Shown one piece after another: positions 11,761 through 26,035 of a stretch of 64,000 nt of DNA. The notes below the pieces were generated by a model. That model searched no databases. It saw only the letters and a list, made by a program, of their open reading frames with translations, and had not been told where the DNA came from. The translations under genes were made by a program, and so were the position numbers. The DNA is from Lama glama. Taxonomy: Eukaryota. How positions within the stretch are numbered: position 1 is the stretch's first letter; each line of letters opens with the position of its first letter. The DNA lies in the NCBI GenBank assembly GCA_028534125.1, contig CM052837.1:1798001-1862000 (forward strand). Direction: 5' to 3'.

Positions 11761-14700
11761 CATGGACTAATGAGATGGATAATGGGAGGCTGCTGGGGGG
11801 CAGGAGGGATGAAATGGTTGACATCAGTGGGCAGACAGCAGCAGACAGGGAGAGACCAGAGTGAAGGAAAGAGCACTTAGACAGGAATGGCTTCCTCGTC
11901 CAGGCGGGTGGGTGCTGAAGGGGTGACTCAGGAGGTGTCAAAGGCAGAAGAGATGGTCTTTCATGGAAGTTTCAGTGAAGAAGGGGAGGAGAGAGGATAG
12001 AGGGAAAGCAACTTGTCTGGATTTTGAACATTTTGGAGCTGTTGTCACAAAGAGGGGCATGGGGAAGGAAGGTTGGGTCAGGCGGGAAGATGACACAGAG
12101 TGAGTGTCAGGTAGCACTTGGTACTCTGGGGGGAACATCCAGAAAGGCCAAGAGGTGGGGTGAGAAGTTAGGGGAGGCCACATTACAGGGTGAGTCCCTT
12201 CTGTACCGGTGCAGATGTGGTGCCCACCTACAGTCCTGGACCTCCCTGGGTTTACTCCTCACCATCATGAGTCAAGGGTGAAATGGCAGAGCAGGAAGGC
12301 GGCGGGCAAGAGTGGTACAGGGAGCCCTGAGATTCCAGCTCTTGTCTTTATTCTCCCGAGCTCTCCACTGGGCTCCCTTATTGCACACCTGACCTCCATC
12401 ATCCAGCAGAAACTGTTCTGCTCCATAGGTTAGAGGAATATGGTTACAGTACCAAGGGATCTCCCAGGTAGGACTCATATCACTCAGCCGCAAATGAATT
12501 TGAAGCCATGGATCCCAGCCATAAGTCACAGGTGGAGGAACAGGCTGAAGGCCTCACAACGTCCAACCAAACACCCTCTGATAACCCTGGACCTGAGCCC
12601 TGGGGCGTGGCCACCCTCCTGCTCCCTTCCCGCCTCACAGGGAGCTGCATCCCGGGACGTCTGGGCGGAGCCTCCGCTCCGGCTCCTTCTGACTTGGAGC
12701 GTAGGCGCTGCCCCCCGGGGCTCGGCTCTCTCCCTGCCTGGTGGGATTTAGGTACCTGTCGTTCTTAGTCCCGTTCTCTCAGTTAGCAGCCTGCACCTAA
12801 AGGACCTCCGTCAACTTCAGGCTTTCAATCAGCAGACACTTCCTTCCTTTCCTCCTTGCTGATATCAGGATTTTCCAGTATATTCTCTCTCTCTCCCTTG
12901 GATCTCCTGAAGGAACGCATCACAGCGCTGACTCCTGAAGACGCCCGTGTACACCGTCTAAGAGCAGGGACGTTCTCCCAGCGCCTCCGCACCGATCCGC
13001 TCCCTCTGCCGCCCTCCCGCGCGCTGCTTCAGCTCCCCCGTCTGGGGGGCGGGAGGGGGGAGCGGGGATAAAGCCCGTTGCCCAGCGGCAGTTAGCTTGC
13101 TAATGCGAGCCTTCATGGCTCCCCTTTCCCTGTTTACTTCCTCACTCCCCACCAGTGCTTCCTGGCAGCACCTCCCAAAGGAACGATTTGCATCACATGC
13201 TTGTGTCCGGGTCTCAGCTGTAGCGGCCCTGAGATGCGGTTTTCCCAGGCCCCTCCTGGGCTGACCTGAGGGCTTGGAGCTCACTCCCTGGGGGCCGGCT
13301 CAGTCGGGGAGGTAACATCTCCGTAGAAGCCAGGTGGGTGCTGAGGAATCCGTGGGATGCAGCCTGGTTTGAGGGTCTGCGTCAGGGAGAGCGAAAGCAA
13401 TGCTGACCAGCCAGAGGACGATGGCTGACACCCGCTGTGTACCCCAGCGGGGGTGTCGGGGCGTCTACCGTTCAGTGTTGGAAGGGGCTTGAGTACTTTT
13501 CCCCACTCACTTTGGATGTGGGTGAATTCACTCTGCAGGAAGAGAGTGAAAAACTCAGGCTGGACCTTGAGCAATACCTGCCTTCTGTTTAGGGAGTGAA
13601 GGTAAAAGAGGGTGAAGAACAGAGAGAAGTCATCAAAAACATAAGACAAATCTGTAAGGACAAGGACCCCGAGAGCCCCAGCCACAGACTGCCGCCCAAA
13701 GGCCAGTGGGGGTTCAAGAACCAGGGGTACCAAGGGCCATGGCCCCAGGAGGCATGAGAGGACCTCATCCCCAAGGACCCTATATTGTCCTCCTAAACGT
13801 CCAAAAAGCCATTTTGCAAAAGATTCTGGGACAGAAGCCAAAGAGACAGAAACGGGAAAGACAGCTTCTCTTCACACGACAGTGAAACAGTCAAGCTGGC
13901 AGAATTAGGAGTTAGCGGTCTTCCCTGGCTCCCAGGTGGGGGCTCAGGATAAGGTCGGACCCTAGGAGGGGCTCCCTCTTCTCCGCACCCCAAGCCCTGC
14001 TGCGCGTTAAAGGGTGCGATCCCACTGGAGCGCCAGTGGGGTGAGCCGTGGGTGTCCACGCTGGGGCCAATCCCCTTACAATCCCAGCGTCTCGAACAAA
14101 TGTCTTATGCCACCACTGATGGGCAGAGATGGGTGACACTTCACAGCCTCTTCTGAACACACTCGGGTTTGCACTGGTCTCTCTCCAGTCCCAGCACACT
14201 TTCAGGGTGCTTTTTGCTTGCTTTGAAGCAGCCCTCCACCCAGGAGTCCTGGCCCTCCGGGAGCAGGACATTATGCAATCAGGCCGAGTTTTCCGTGGGC
14301 TCTCCTGCCAGGAGGGTGTCAGTATGCAAAAGGGCACTTGCTGGCCCTCTGCTTTGTATGCCGGCTGGAGTGGCTCTTTCTGCAGTCTGCTAGGACAGGA
14401 GCTGGCCTCCCTCAGCACCTGGGACCCGCTCCAGCCCCTCTCGGCCAGGTCTGCGGGGGGGGGGGGGGCTCCGGGGAGCTGCTGCTGAGAACCTGCCCGC
14501 TTGGGAAAGGGCAGCGTGGAGGCCTTAAAACTCGAGCTCCTGGCGAAAGCACAGCACAGATGTGGCCATTTGAGGGGGTCAGAGGGGACAAGCGTGATAG
14601 AGAAAATGGGAGGCTGCTTGGAGGAGGGCCCAGGGCACTCTGTGTTGGCAGGACTTTGATTATTCATCCCCGGCCAGCAGCCTCACAGACGCCCAGCCCA

Positions 14701-16299
14701 CAGAGCTGCAGCCCTTCCCAGCGACCACTAGAGCAGGCGGTTTGAACCCCCTCGCTTGAGTAAACACGAAGTGAGCACTGGTTCCTCTGTCCCGACAATG
14801 TCTGAGAAGAGGGCTCCAGGCCATTTCCTTTACTGGCAGAAGAGTGAATTTTCGGGAGGATAAACTCAGAATGGGAGGACCAGAGGCCGGTCTGCAGCTA
14901 ACACGGCGGCAGGGGGGCGGGGGGGGGAACCATAGCAACGGCAAGACCTCCACCCACAGGAGGGATTATGCCTTGAGCCCCGCTGCAGCCCAGGCCACCG
15001 AAGGCGTCCCCCACCCCGGTGCCTGGAGCCACCCTTCATGGTCGCTGTCCCCGTGTTACTTTTGAGGAAACTTGGGCTCAGAAAGGGAATTTGCCTCAAA
15101 TTTTAATCCTACAACCATTAAGTGATTGAGCCAAGAAGCCCGCGTTACACTCCAGGTCTGGTCACTCAACTGCCTCCCAATGCCATCCTCTGTCTGCATT
15201 CTCTGTCTTCGCCTCTGTCTGTCTCTTGTCACCCTTCTCTTTCCGTGAATCAATCTTCAAAACCTTTGGTTTCACAAATCAAAAACTGAAACAGGTTATT
15301 GGCAATTTTTCCCCCAAGGTCTAAAATCAAGTCATTTCACTCAGGACTTTAATTTAAAAGTTTAAAAATTTAAAAATAAGATGTTGGAAAATGAATGAGC
15401 AAAAAGTGTTTCAGAAGGCTTAAATGTTTCTTTAAAAAATCCCACGGGGCTGTGGAAGGGCTTGTTTGCCTCTTGGGTGAGCAGAGAGGACCCAAGGCTT
15501 TGGCCGGGGGATTCTCTGAGCGTGTGAAAACTCTCGGCAGGCCACCAAATGTCGCTTCTGCAGCCTCCTTTCCGTAGGGCATGCTCAGTTCTAGGGCTGC
15601 TGGGAGGCTGGGGGCCGGAGGGAGCCCCTGGTCACCAGGCAGCTGTCGGACACAGGTGCTGCCCTTCCCGGAATGGGGTGAGGACATCTTTGTGTAACAG
15701 GGGAAGCATCAGGCACAGCGATCCCATGTTTGCTACGCGTCTCTGGCAGGTTTCTCACATTTCAGCAAGAGAATAAAGTAGAAAACATTCCTCGCACCAA
15801 CAGGTCTCCAGCCCATCACCGGAGGTCGTCAGCTGATATTGGTGCATTTATCTCTGTGGTGCAGCGCTGAGCGCGGGGTGGCATCGAGGTGGTTCCTGCG
15901 GGGCTGGACTCCCCTCCGTCGTGTGGTTCTGACCTGCAGTGGCCTCTGTGGGTATCCGACTCCCCTCCACGGTTGTTCATCGTACGTCACCTGACAGCCC
16001 CCAGTTTCTTTGGGGAGCTCTCATCCCTCATCCTTTCACAGGTGGTTTGGTGTTCCTCCATCCCCCAGCTGCAGTGACAGGTGTGCTGCCCGGTGAGGGT
16101 CAGCACAGGGCTTTCGTGGGAGCTCCTGACTGAGCCTCATCCTGTGGGAAGTGGGGGGCGGAGGCTGCAAGGGTCCTGGAGGAGAGGGTGGGTGGAGCAG
16201 AGTTGGGGGGAGCCAGTCAGCGTGAACCTTGAACCCCGAGGCCAACTCCACATTTGACTTCTTGGTTGTGTGAAATAACAAATTTCTTTCTCCTCCTTT

Positions 16300-16757
16300 T
16301 AAAAAAAATTTTTTTAATCAAAGTACAGTTGTTTTACAATGTTGTGATGGTCTCCAGTGTACAGCAAAGTGACTCAGTTTTATACATGTAATTATATTCT
16401 TTTTCAGATTCTTTTCCATTATGGCTTATTACATGATCTTGAATATAGTTCCTTGTGCTACACAGTAGGACCTTGTTGTTTATCTATTTAATATACAGTG
16501 GTTTGTATCTGCTAATCCCAAACTCCTAATTTACCCTCCCTGCCCCATGGGTAACCGTAAGTTTGCTTTCTATGCCTGCGTCTATTTCTGTTTCGTAAAT
16601 AAATTCATTTGTATCAGTTGTTTTTAGATTCCACATATAAGTGATATCATATGATGTTTATCTTTGTCTGACCTACTTCACTTAGTATGACCATCTATAG
16701 GTTCATCTATGTTGCTGCAAATTCTTTTTATGGCTGAGTAATACTCCACTATGTGTA

Positions 16758-16810
<53 letters not shown>

Positions 16811-17280
16811 CTTTACACACCAAATCTTTATCTAGTCATCTGTCAAGGGACATTTAGGTTGCGTCCGTGTCTTGGCTATTGCAAATAGTGCTGCTGTGAA
16901 CACTGGGGTGCATGTGTCTTTTCAAATTAGACTTTACATCTTTTCCAGATATGTGCTCAGGAATGGGATAGCCGGATCATATGGTAACCCTATTTTCAGT
17001 TTTTAAAGAAATCTCCAGACTGTTCTCCATAGTGGCTGAACCAATTTACATTCCCACCAACAGTGCAGGAGGGTTCCCTTTTCTCCACACCCTCTCCAGC
17101 ATTTACTATTTATGGACTTTTTGATGATGGCCATTCTGATCTGTGTGAAGTGATACATCACTGCAATTTTGATTTGCATTTCTCTGATAGTTAGCAATAT
17201 TGAGCATCTTCTCATGTGCCCATTGGCCATCTGTATGTCTTCTTTGGAGAAATGTCTGTTTAGATCTTCTGCCTGTTTTT
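16300..17280 (-). mobile_element. ~1 kb 5'-truncated L1 including the ORF2 C-terminal cysteine-rich region; contains (TG)18 at 16764-16799
   Basis: ORF 17003..17230(-) contains [25 protein letters not shown], the L1 ORF2 CCHC knuckle, followed by 3'UTR and tail. Confidence 0.93.
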
Positions 17281-17494
17281 GGTCCCTATGTCTGCTTCCA
17301 GGGGCGTGGCCTTCATATACACAGCATCCATTATCATTTGAAACTGTTGGCTAGTGTTTCAGAGGTGGCTTGGTAATTGGGAGAAATGAGATTCTTGTAT
17401 AAATTGACAATAAACCAAAGAAGGACCTTGATCTCCTTTTTTTTTTTTTTTTGCAGAAAGGTTATAACTAATATCTCAGGCTTCACAAGATGAT

Positions 17495-17830
17495 GACCTA
17501 GATTAAAACCTTGGCTCCATCCTTTGACAGCTGTGTGACCATTTGCAAGTTATCCAGCTCCACTGAGCCTTGGCGTGGGAAAGGAACCAAGAGCACAAGG
17601 GGAAGAGCAGGCGGCCTGGGTTCCAAGCCTGGCTCCAGCATTACTAGCTGTGCAACTTTAGGTGGGTTACTGAGCCTCTCTGTACCTCGGGCCCTGCACC
17701 TGTACAAAGGGGATAATAGTCGTCTCTACCTCACAAAGACATTGTGTGGATTAAACGAGATAGTTGAAAATAGTGCAGTAAAAAACCAGTCACAGTGCCT
17801 CATGCAGATCAGATGCTCTATGAATTTTCG
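17495..17830 (+). mobile_element. Two adjacent MIR fragments
   Basis: cagctgtgtgaccatttgcaagtta; cctgggttccaagcctggctccagcattactagctgtg...ctacctcac...ggattaaacgaga. Confidence 0.8.
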
Positions 17831-19659
17831 CCATGAGTGTTTTCAAAGTACTATTTCTATTGACTAGTTGAGGTAAACTGTTGATGCCCTGACAGCTGCT
17901 AGCCTAGAAGTGCCTTGAGGTCTCATTAATATTTTAAAAGATGCTGAGGTCTCTAAACTAAAGGGAACACTCAGAAAGAGGAAAGTTTCCTTACCCACGG
18001 TGTCCCCTCCACGCAGCGTCTGAGTGGCTGCGCCCTGATGAGGTGCTCAGCGCCAGCAAACAGCTGAGTCACAGCCCCGGTTCCTCCTGATGGAAACTCC
18101 CGTGGTCTTCATGCTCACTTTCTATTTTTGAACGATAGCGCCATGGATGGAATTTTTGGTGAGGAAGTGAGAGAAAACCTGGGCTACCTAATTCAGACGT
18201 CTCGTGTGCAATCACATCAATCTGGTGAAAAAAAAATTTTTGACCAAAATCAATGGATGGGAGGTGGGAAAGGAACTGATGGCCATTTTATCTCATTTCT
18301 GGCAAGAATACGGTGGTGAAAAGGAACGAAATAAGCCAAATCAACCTGCTATTATCTTAATCAAGGACGCCAGAGCAAGCCAAACCCTGAGTCACCTTCC
18401 TGGCCGACTCTTTTTATTGACTTGAATTAACAAAGGATGAAAGCCTGAAATGACCTACATGGCTCTTCTCCCAGAGCTGCTGGCTCTCCGCGCTGATGGG
18501 GAAAGCAGATCCTGGAATTCCCCAAGAGGTGAGGGCTGTTTACCTAAGTCAATATTCTACAAATAGATTTTTTTTTTAAGTTAGGGGAAGAAGGAAAAAC
18601 TTTAAGTCAGAGAAAAACTTTCTGTTAGTCACCGATGAAATAATTCCTTTTTTTCCCCCTACTGATTGTTTAGCACAGAACTGACGGTCCATTTCTTTAG
18701 TACGTGCTTCCTGGGGACATCAGTAATTCCAGTAATTCGTGTGCTTGGGAGGAAGTTTAACAAGTAGAGGCAATAAAGGAAAGCCAGGGAAGAGCGGTCT
18801 CTGGTCAATTCAAAACCGGAGTAGATTCGTGTATTTTAAAATTATGAGCAGTGTATTTCAGACGCATCAAGAAGCACAGGAGTGATGAGCCCGGCACCAC
18901 TGAGCACGCACATGCCTCTCAAGGACCCCCTCTCACCGCGCCCACCGCCGCAGGGGACCACTGCTGTGGGTCTGGGGTCTTCCACCCAGCAAGCCCGCTT
19001 CCCGCGGACCTAGCCGAGCAGCCCTGCATGCACACACACTCGTACACACACACACACACGCACTGGGGCTGGGCACAGGCGGGACCGTCGCCACGGCACG
19101 GGCTGCAGTCACGACACGTTAGAGCAGTCTGAACACCCACCTGCAGGAGAACGGACCAGCGCGCTGTGCGGCGTTCGTGCCCTCGGACTACTAGGAGGCG
19201 ATTAAAATAAGAGTACATATCACAACACTGAAAACAAATCTAAGAAGCATAGCACTGAGTAAGCAGAGCAAGTTGCAGGAGGAGCCAGAGGTGATGTTGT
19301 TTTTCTATCAATCAGGTTTCATGGAGTTCCTCAGGGTTAGGTGGTAAAGGCTGGAGCTCCATCCCCAAGTGGGCAGTTTGCCTGACTCTACCCCAGGCTA
19401 GGTCTAGACTGATTGGTCGTGTAGATGGCTGGAGCCAGCCTTCGCCATCTATCTGTCGTCTATCTGTCTATCTGTCATCCAGCTAGAAGCCCTGAGATTT
19501 GTCTTGTTTGAATTTCATCAACTTAATTCATTTTCATTTAACTTACAGTATTGGTTCCTACTTAGCTGAATTCAGCGCTGGCAAAGAAAGACTGTGGATT
19601 CCAGGTATTGGTCTGTGAACACTTTCAGTTTATTATTTTGACTGTGTTCTCTTGTGAGA

Positions 19660-19960
19660 CTCAGTGCTCTCTTGGGTTGAAACAGATCTGAGAGCAAGTA
19701 GTGGATGTGGGAGGGGATCCCAGGAGACACTGTGGTGGGAGTGAGGGCATGGGACGGGGTAGGGAGGGTGGCCCTGATGGGGTCCATTATCAGGCAGGTG
19801 ACCGCAACATTCCTGAGTTATTCCACTCACAAGGTGAGGGAGCTGGGATCTTTATCCATCAGCTCCCTGTCTGTCACTGTAGAGGGCTGCTTCCGAGACC
19901 ACCAACTCTGTGGTGCGTTCACCTGGCCCCATGCACGGACCACGTGGGCTCCCACAGTGA
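19660..19960 (-). mobile_element. ERVL LTR relic (LTR33-like)
   Basis: gggagggggatcccaggagacac...gagctgggatctttatccatcagctccc motifs; family assigned from memory. Confidence 0.5.
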
Positions 19961-20099
19961 GGAAGGGCCTTCGGGCAGAAAGTCACAATCTTTCATCATA
20001 CGTGGAGTGAGACAGAATTACACAAAGGTTTGCAATGAAAATGAGGGACTTTTCTCAATACTCTCTGGAAGTTGGCAATAAAAACCACTTCACATTTCC

Positions 20100-20241
20100 T
20101 TTGCGTAATGAGCTCCTTAGGAACAACAACTCTGTCTGTTTTGTCTCTGTTTATTCAGTGACTAGAACAAGTGCCTGGCAGAAAGAAACTCAGTAAACGT
20201 TTGCTGAACACATGAGCGAATATGAATGAATGAATGAATGA
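20100..20241 (+). mobile_element. L2 3' end with (TGAA)n tail
   Basis: ctagaacaagtgcctggca...ctcagtaaacgtttgctgaa...tgaatgaatgaatg. Confidence 0.8.
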
Positions 20242-22149
20242 GAAAAGGCTAGGATTATGAAGAGGCTCAAGGAAAGAGGCCTATTACTTCGATTTTAAAA
20301 ATGAACATTTAAGTGATGGAGAAAAATGCCATTTGGTATCTTTTGGAGAGGTTAAAGGCACACGTTTTAGTCTTTAGAGGTGTTACTTTGTTGCTTTTAT
20401 GATTAGGATAGCTTAAATTATTAATCTGATTTACAAGAATGTGAATTACTACTTTAACTTGGCAAAGATCCATAAATTGTCACAGGGTTGGTCTTATGGT
20501 CACCAGAGGAAGTAAAATATACCCGGGGACAAACTGCTGAGTTACACATTTAGGTCCAGGAGCCTTTGGGTTAGAAATTTCCAGCATCACTTAAGGTCCA
20601 AAAAGATGCAGATATTTCTCCTGGTGCGACGGGGGCATCAGTGAAAACGCCCCCCCTTACTAAGGAGTGCACACAATAAAAGTGGGGTGTAAAAGCTTCT
20701 GGGACATCGCTTCAATGGTGTCCAGTGTAAACTACGGAAAACCACAGAAAACTGCAGCTGTGTAAACCCCTCCTCTTCAACATATTCAGAAATGAAACGT
20801 GCACACAAATGGGCGATCTTAGCAAGCAGGAGTCTCCTTGTCTGTATCTTCTGGGAGTGGGAGAGAAGAGAGAAACAAAATGATATATACTGAACGTTTG
20901 GGTACCAGGCCTTGTGCCCAATTCTTTTTATGTTCATTTACTCCTTAGAATCAAGAGCCCAATGCAGATTTGTCTCTATTTTCTAGATGAGGAAAATTAA
21001 GTCACCCACTTAAGATTACATAGCTAGCGAGGGGGAAGGACGGGGACTCAGAACACTTGCCTTTTCTGTCATCCCCTCCTGCCTGCCACAGATTTGGAAG
21101 AAGCTCACTTGTTCTGTCTCATTTTGGCATCGCCACCCTTCACTCTCATTTGGCCCTGCTGTTTTCACGGGCTACAAGAACACTCACACACACGTCTGCA
21201 ACCCCTGTAGTATGCTGAGCACCACCACAGCACCGATCTGGGTAACGACCACACAGAACCAAACTGCTTCTGGTGATATCACACAGCCCCTTGCATCTTA
21301 CTACCTAGCCTGGCCTGGGGCATGTTCAGTTCCTTTCCCAGTTCAAGTGTCACCTCCTCCAGGAAGCCTTCTCTGAGCCCTCCCCTTGTTGCCTCTGCCC
21401 AGTCCTTTCTGCTGTCTCCCACAGTGCCTTGCATGTGTCACAGGCACGAATGACTGTGATCTAGTTAGGCGTCTGTCTCCTCTGTTAGCCTGTGACTTGT
21501 CTGGGGGTTGAGGCTGGGCCCTCATCATCTTTATAACTGCATCACTGGGCATGAAACCAGCACAGGGAGAGACTGTGTTAAGTCACCTGACTGAATTGAA
21601 AAGATTACCAAGAAGGCCAACGAGACTTGATAAATACCAGTGTGGCACATGGCGGGTACTTCCACTCAGACCAGAGAAGGTAAACATCGGCATATGAAGA
21701 AGGCTGCTGTCACTGTGAAACTCCTGAAGCCAGGTGTTTTGAAAACATCAGGAGAAGTCCCCAGTCATGTTCTCTGAGGCATTTGAATTCTTCAGTTTTG
21801 GTTAAACAAAAGCAACAAAATGATTCAATGCTTTTCAGTTGTTCCCTGAAGAGGATTTTAGTAATTGCGTAATTCACACACGTCCTATGTGTAAGTGACC
21901 TGAGGTGTTTCCTAGTTAAAATTTTGGGGGGAGAAACGATCAAATGCAATTCTTCCATAAAGATGTATCAACAGCGGTCAACTATGTTTTCCGATCATCT
22001 TAGTGAAGTACAAGATCTTAATTCTAGGTCAGCCCTGTAAGTGGCTACTGCCATGCCCCGGGCACGCGCTCATTCACGTGGACAGCGTCGTGGGTACTGA
22101 TGACCCGACCTCTCTGCTGCTCTGCAGAAGGCGCGCTGATTTATCGCTG

Positions 22150-22645
22150 CTGAGGTTACTTTAGCTACTCAGCACCCAGCATCTCTTCCTCCAGCAAAGC
22201 ACTCCGTTGCTTCTCGGGGAGACAGGTCCTCTCCCGCATCTTCTGGGTAGGAGGTAGTGCCCACCTCCTAGTCACAAACAGCTCTGCCGCTTCAGATTTC
22301 CTGACCCAGAGGAGCCTCAGGGGTGGCCACACAAAGGGGCCTCTGACTAATGCTTACACAATTGGATGTTCTGGAGACTTTGAGCTTGAGAACCGAAGGG
22401 GTGAGGGAGGGCCCTCATTGTCATGGAAACCACAGCGTGCTGCCCCCCCCCCGCCTCGCATGCTCTGCTCTAGGACCCTTGCAGGCCCCCGTGCTGCATC
22501 AGGATCTAATTCTCTAGTTATTTCCTAAGCCTGGTTTTCCAACCCCCCATTGATTTTGACAGCCAATATTCTTCGAAAGAATTGTCTTTTGCTTAAATAG
22601 CCAGTCAATTTTTGTTGTTTGCAACTAAGAATCCTGTCTGCAAGA
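22150..22645 (+). mobile_element. MaLR LTR relic (MLT1J/K-like); start approximate
   Basis: 3' end cttttgcttaaatagccagtcaatttttgttgtttgcaactaagaatcctg. Confidence 0.5.
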
Positions 22646-25379
22646 CCAGGTAAAAATAGTTAAATTGAAGACTTATGTTCATATGTAGATTAGGAAAAGA
22701 ATTTGTATTCTTACGTTGTGTTTCCCAAGAATGATTATGTTCTCCCAATAATTATTTTGAGGTTCTTTTTATTTTCTAGAAAACTACAGGAATTTGCAAG
22801 GAAAGCAAACAGTATGGTGAATTTCTCCGTTTTGAATAAATAGTTTTTGTTGACATTCCAAAATCTGCATTCATTTTTAGAAACTCTAACACCCAGTTGT
22901 AAATTAAGAGATATGCCTGGTCTAACATGAAGCCCAGTGGCAGCCCTTTGTACACTGGGGGCAGGTGTGAGGCCATGAACACACCTTTGCTGGCTTCTGA
23001 CCTTCTGTAACTTTGTCTCGGTAGCCTTTGTGCATCATCTTTTATTCAAATCGTATTTACTATTTAGATGGTTTCCATGATTCTTGATTTTTTCACATTA
23101 TCATTCAAAGGTTTTTTTTTTTTTACTTATAGATGTTCTCACGGTACCTCCTCATGTGCTTATTTTTCTCTAATGTTGATGTATATCCATGATTTAATAC
23201 TGAAATGTTATTACTGTTTTGATGATAAAAGAAATGAAAATATATCCAAAGCAGATGACGTCGTGGTTGGAAGGCACAGCTCTGAACACATCTGCTTGAA
23301 TAAATTTAGAGGAACGGTTAGGTTTCTTTCCCTTCGGGCATTACTTTGCTATCAGGCACCCATCAGACATGTCAAAATGGGTGGTACAGTTTCCAAAAGT
23401 TTTTGAGTCTTTTCTGAATTGAAATTCTCATATAAAGTGATTTATAGTCAAGTTTAAAGTTCAGTATTAAATCTCCTTGCCTGACAGATATTTGGAAAGA
23501 AAAGAAACTAACAGTTTCCTATTAGAAAAGGAACTAATAGGAGAATTCTTTAGGAGGAGAAAATAATACATCTTTTCAGGGGACAGTAACACATCATCTG
23601 GGAAACAATGAATTGGGTTTCCTGTTTCTTGAGCGTTGGGTTTTGCATTTCCTTCTTATAAAGGGTCGTCATCCCTTCTTTCTTGGGAGTTTTCTGTAGG
23701 CGTAGGTTCTCGGGGGCATCTCAGGGTGAAAGCTGATACAGGGAAAACACTTGAATGTGTTAGTTTGTAGCTTTTTTTCCCTAACAGAAAATAAGAATGC
23801 AAAGAGTCCCATGAGCAATCAAAACAGGCAGCCTGGGGTTGCCCTTGGTGGTAGTAACATCCACGTGGACACCCATGGGGTGCCTGACAGACTAGAGCGT
23901 CTTACGCCCGAGGGCAGGCGCAATGAATCTACCAGACAGGGATATCTGTGGCTCAAATTTGAATTTTTCCAGATATCAAAATTAACATAATATTCATGAC
24001 AATCAGGATTAACGTGCAGGCACAAGATATTTTAGTCAAAGTGGAAAAAAAAATCCTTCCAAAATGAAAAATTCTGATGAATGACCAATTTGGAAATAAA
24101 ATACATTAACATGTAGGGTATCTGGAAACCACAGAGCTGGCAGGTCTAAGTGTCTGGAATGATTCCAGCTATGGAAGTTAAAAAGGAAAACGAATCGTGT
24201 CTGGTAGCAATGGCTGAGTTGTGGGGCAAAATGTGGTCAAAGTTAGGGAGGGAAAGCCTAGGGGCATTTCTCGTTTGTTGCTGGTAGCAACGCCCTTTTA
24301 GGAGAAGATGGAGGGAGTCAGGGTCGGGGGGAGAGCTAAACTATGGTTTCATAAACAATGAATAATCTGTTTAAGAGGATGAGATTAATATGCATCCCAG
24401 AGAATATAGCCACTAATACAGTAATAACTGTATGGTAACTAGCCTTACTGTGGTGATCACTTCATAATGCGTAAAAGCATCGCATCACTATGTTGTACAC
24501 CAGAGTGTCAATTATAGTTCAAGAAAAAAAGAAGATGGGGGATCCTGAGGCATCATGTAGAAAGATTTTTGAGAAAAGAGGGGTTGAGTTTTAAAATATG
24601 GTTGCACACTCTGTAATTAAATCAAAACCGTCGCCCTGAACAACAACCCCAAATTACGGTGGCGGGGCTAATAATGAAGGAATGAGTTCATTCACTCAGC
24701 TCGTCTTGATTGAATGCTGCCCCTGGCTCCGTGCTGGGCACAGCCTGGCGATGATGAAAATTGCCCAATAAACGTTTCACATCAGTGGTGACAGGAGTGG
24801 CAGGTTTCACATTGGTCCTGGAAAGACCAGTTTTGGGTACAATGGAAAAGAATGGGAAAGTGCCAAACTATGGTCACCACAGTTTAGCTAGTCAGCTAGA
24901 GCAGTTGTTCCATAAATGTCTGTTGGTTGGAATTTACGTAAATGGTATACACCCTCCCCCTCCTCCAAAAGAAAAGAAAGAAAGAAAATTCTTCTGCAGG
25001 TGACATCAGGACCTGATGAGTGTGTCTACGTGTTCTGAGCCTTCTTGGTCTCTCATCTCATTTTGCGAACTTCGTCGTGACCACTTGGTCACTGTCTTCC
25101 AGAATGACCAAATCCAACTTGGTGTCAGTAGGCAAACAGGATGCTTTTCCAGTAAGTGGCAAAGGGAGGAATTAGAGACCCCTGGAGTCCCGCATCCTCC
25201 CTGCTCAGGATCCTGAAACCAGTTCACATCAGGTTCCCCATTTGGTACTGAGCTAGAGTCTTAGCTACCTGAAGTTCCCAATTTTTTAAGTCTGCCAGAA
25301 ATCATCAAATGTGCAAGGAACGTTTTCTACTTGAAACACTCACATATTACATTAAAAAAAACTTTTTGAATATCATGGT

Positions 25380-26035
25380 TTCCTGAATTTTTATTTATTC
25401 AAAGTGTTATAATCAATAACAGTCATTATTCCTTTTAATGATCAAATTACCTGACATTTGGCCATAAGAAGCCCCTTCTAGCTGCCTCCTATGTTATTGG
25501 GACTTTCCATTGGTCTTTGAGCACAAACTTATATTCACTCTATATTTTCCTGCTTCAGGCATGGAATCAGCCGTTTCTCCAGAGAACCCTGATTACTCTG
25601 GGTGGGGAATGATAGTTAGAAACCAAGATCTGGGTGCTGAGTATGCTCACTGCGCTGCCTGCCATTGCTTCTGAGCCCTTTCAGAGATTAGAAGAACTAG
25701 GAAACACAACAGATTAAAAAAATAATAAATAGATAAGCTGATTCTAAAGTTTTTATGGAACCAGAAGATACCTAAATAGGCAAAAGAATCTTGAGCAATG
25801 AGAATATAAACTACCTGAAATCAAGACTTAAGATAAAGCTTTAGTGGTCAAGACAGAGAGGCAGTGGTTTAAGGTTAAACAAGCAGATCAATGGAGCAGG
25901 ACAGGGAGTCCAGACACAGACAGACACATAAGTGTGGGTAAGGTACTAAGCTAATCCAGTGTGGACAGGAAGATCTTTTAATAAATATCCCAGGGACCAC
26001 TGCATACCTGTGTGGAAAAGAATGAGCCTGGACCC
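25380..26035. mobile_element. Old L1 relics: L1MC-type 3' region (-) at ~25380-25700 and a degenerate ORF2 piece (+) at ~25720-26035
   Basis: ggaatcagccgtttctccagagaaccctg...tagaaaccaagatctgggtgct; aagctgattctaaagtttttatggaa...ctacctgaaatcaagactta. Confidence 0.65.

Noticed and set aside
14021-14040. 8-bp perfect hairpin CCCACTGG-AGCG-CCAGTGGG (a similar one at ~22248-22270)
   Set aside because: Stems this short are expected by chance in 64 kb, and there is no supporting RNA-gene context.
13281-14745. 186-251 aa ORFs in the GC-rich intergenic zone
   Set aside because: No recognisable domain or exon structure; expected by chance at this GC content.
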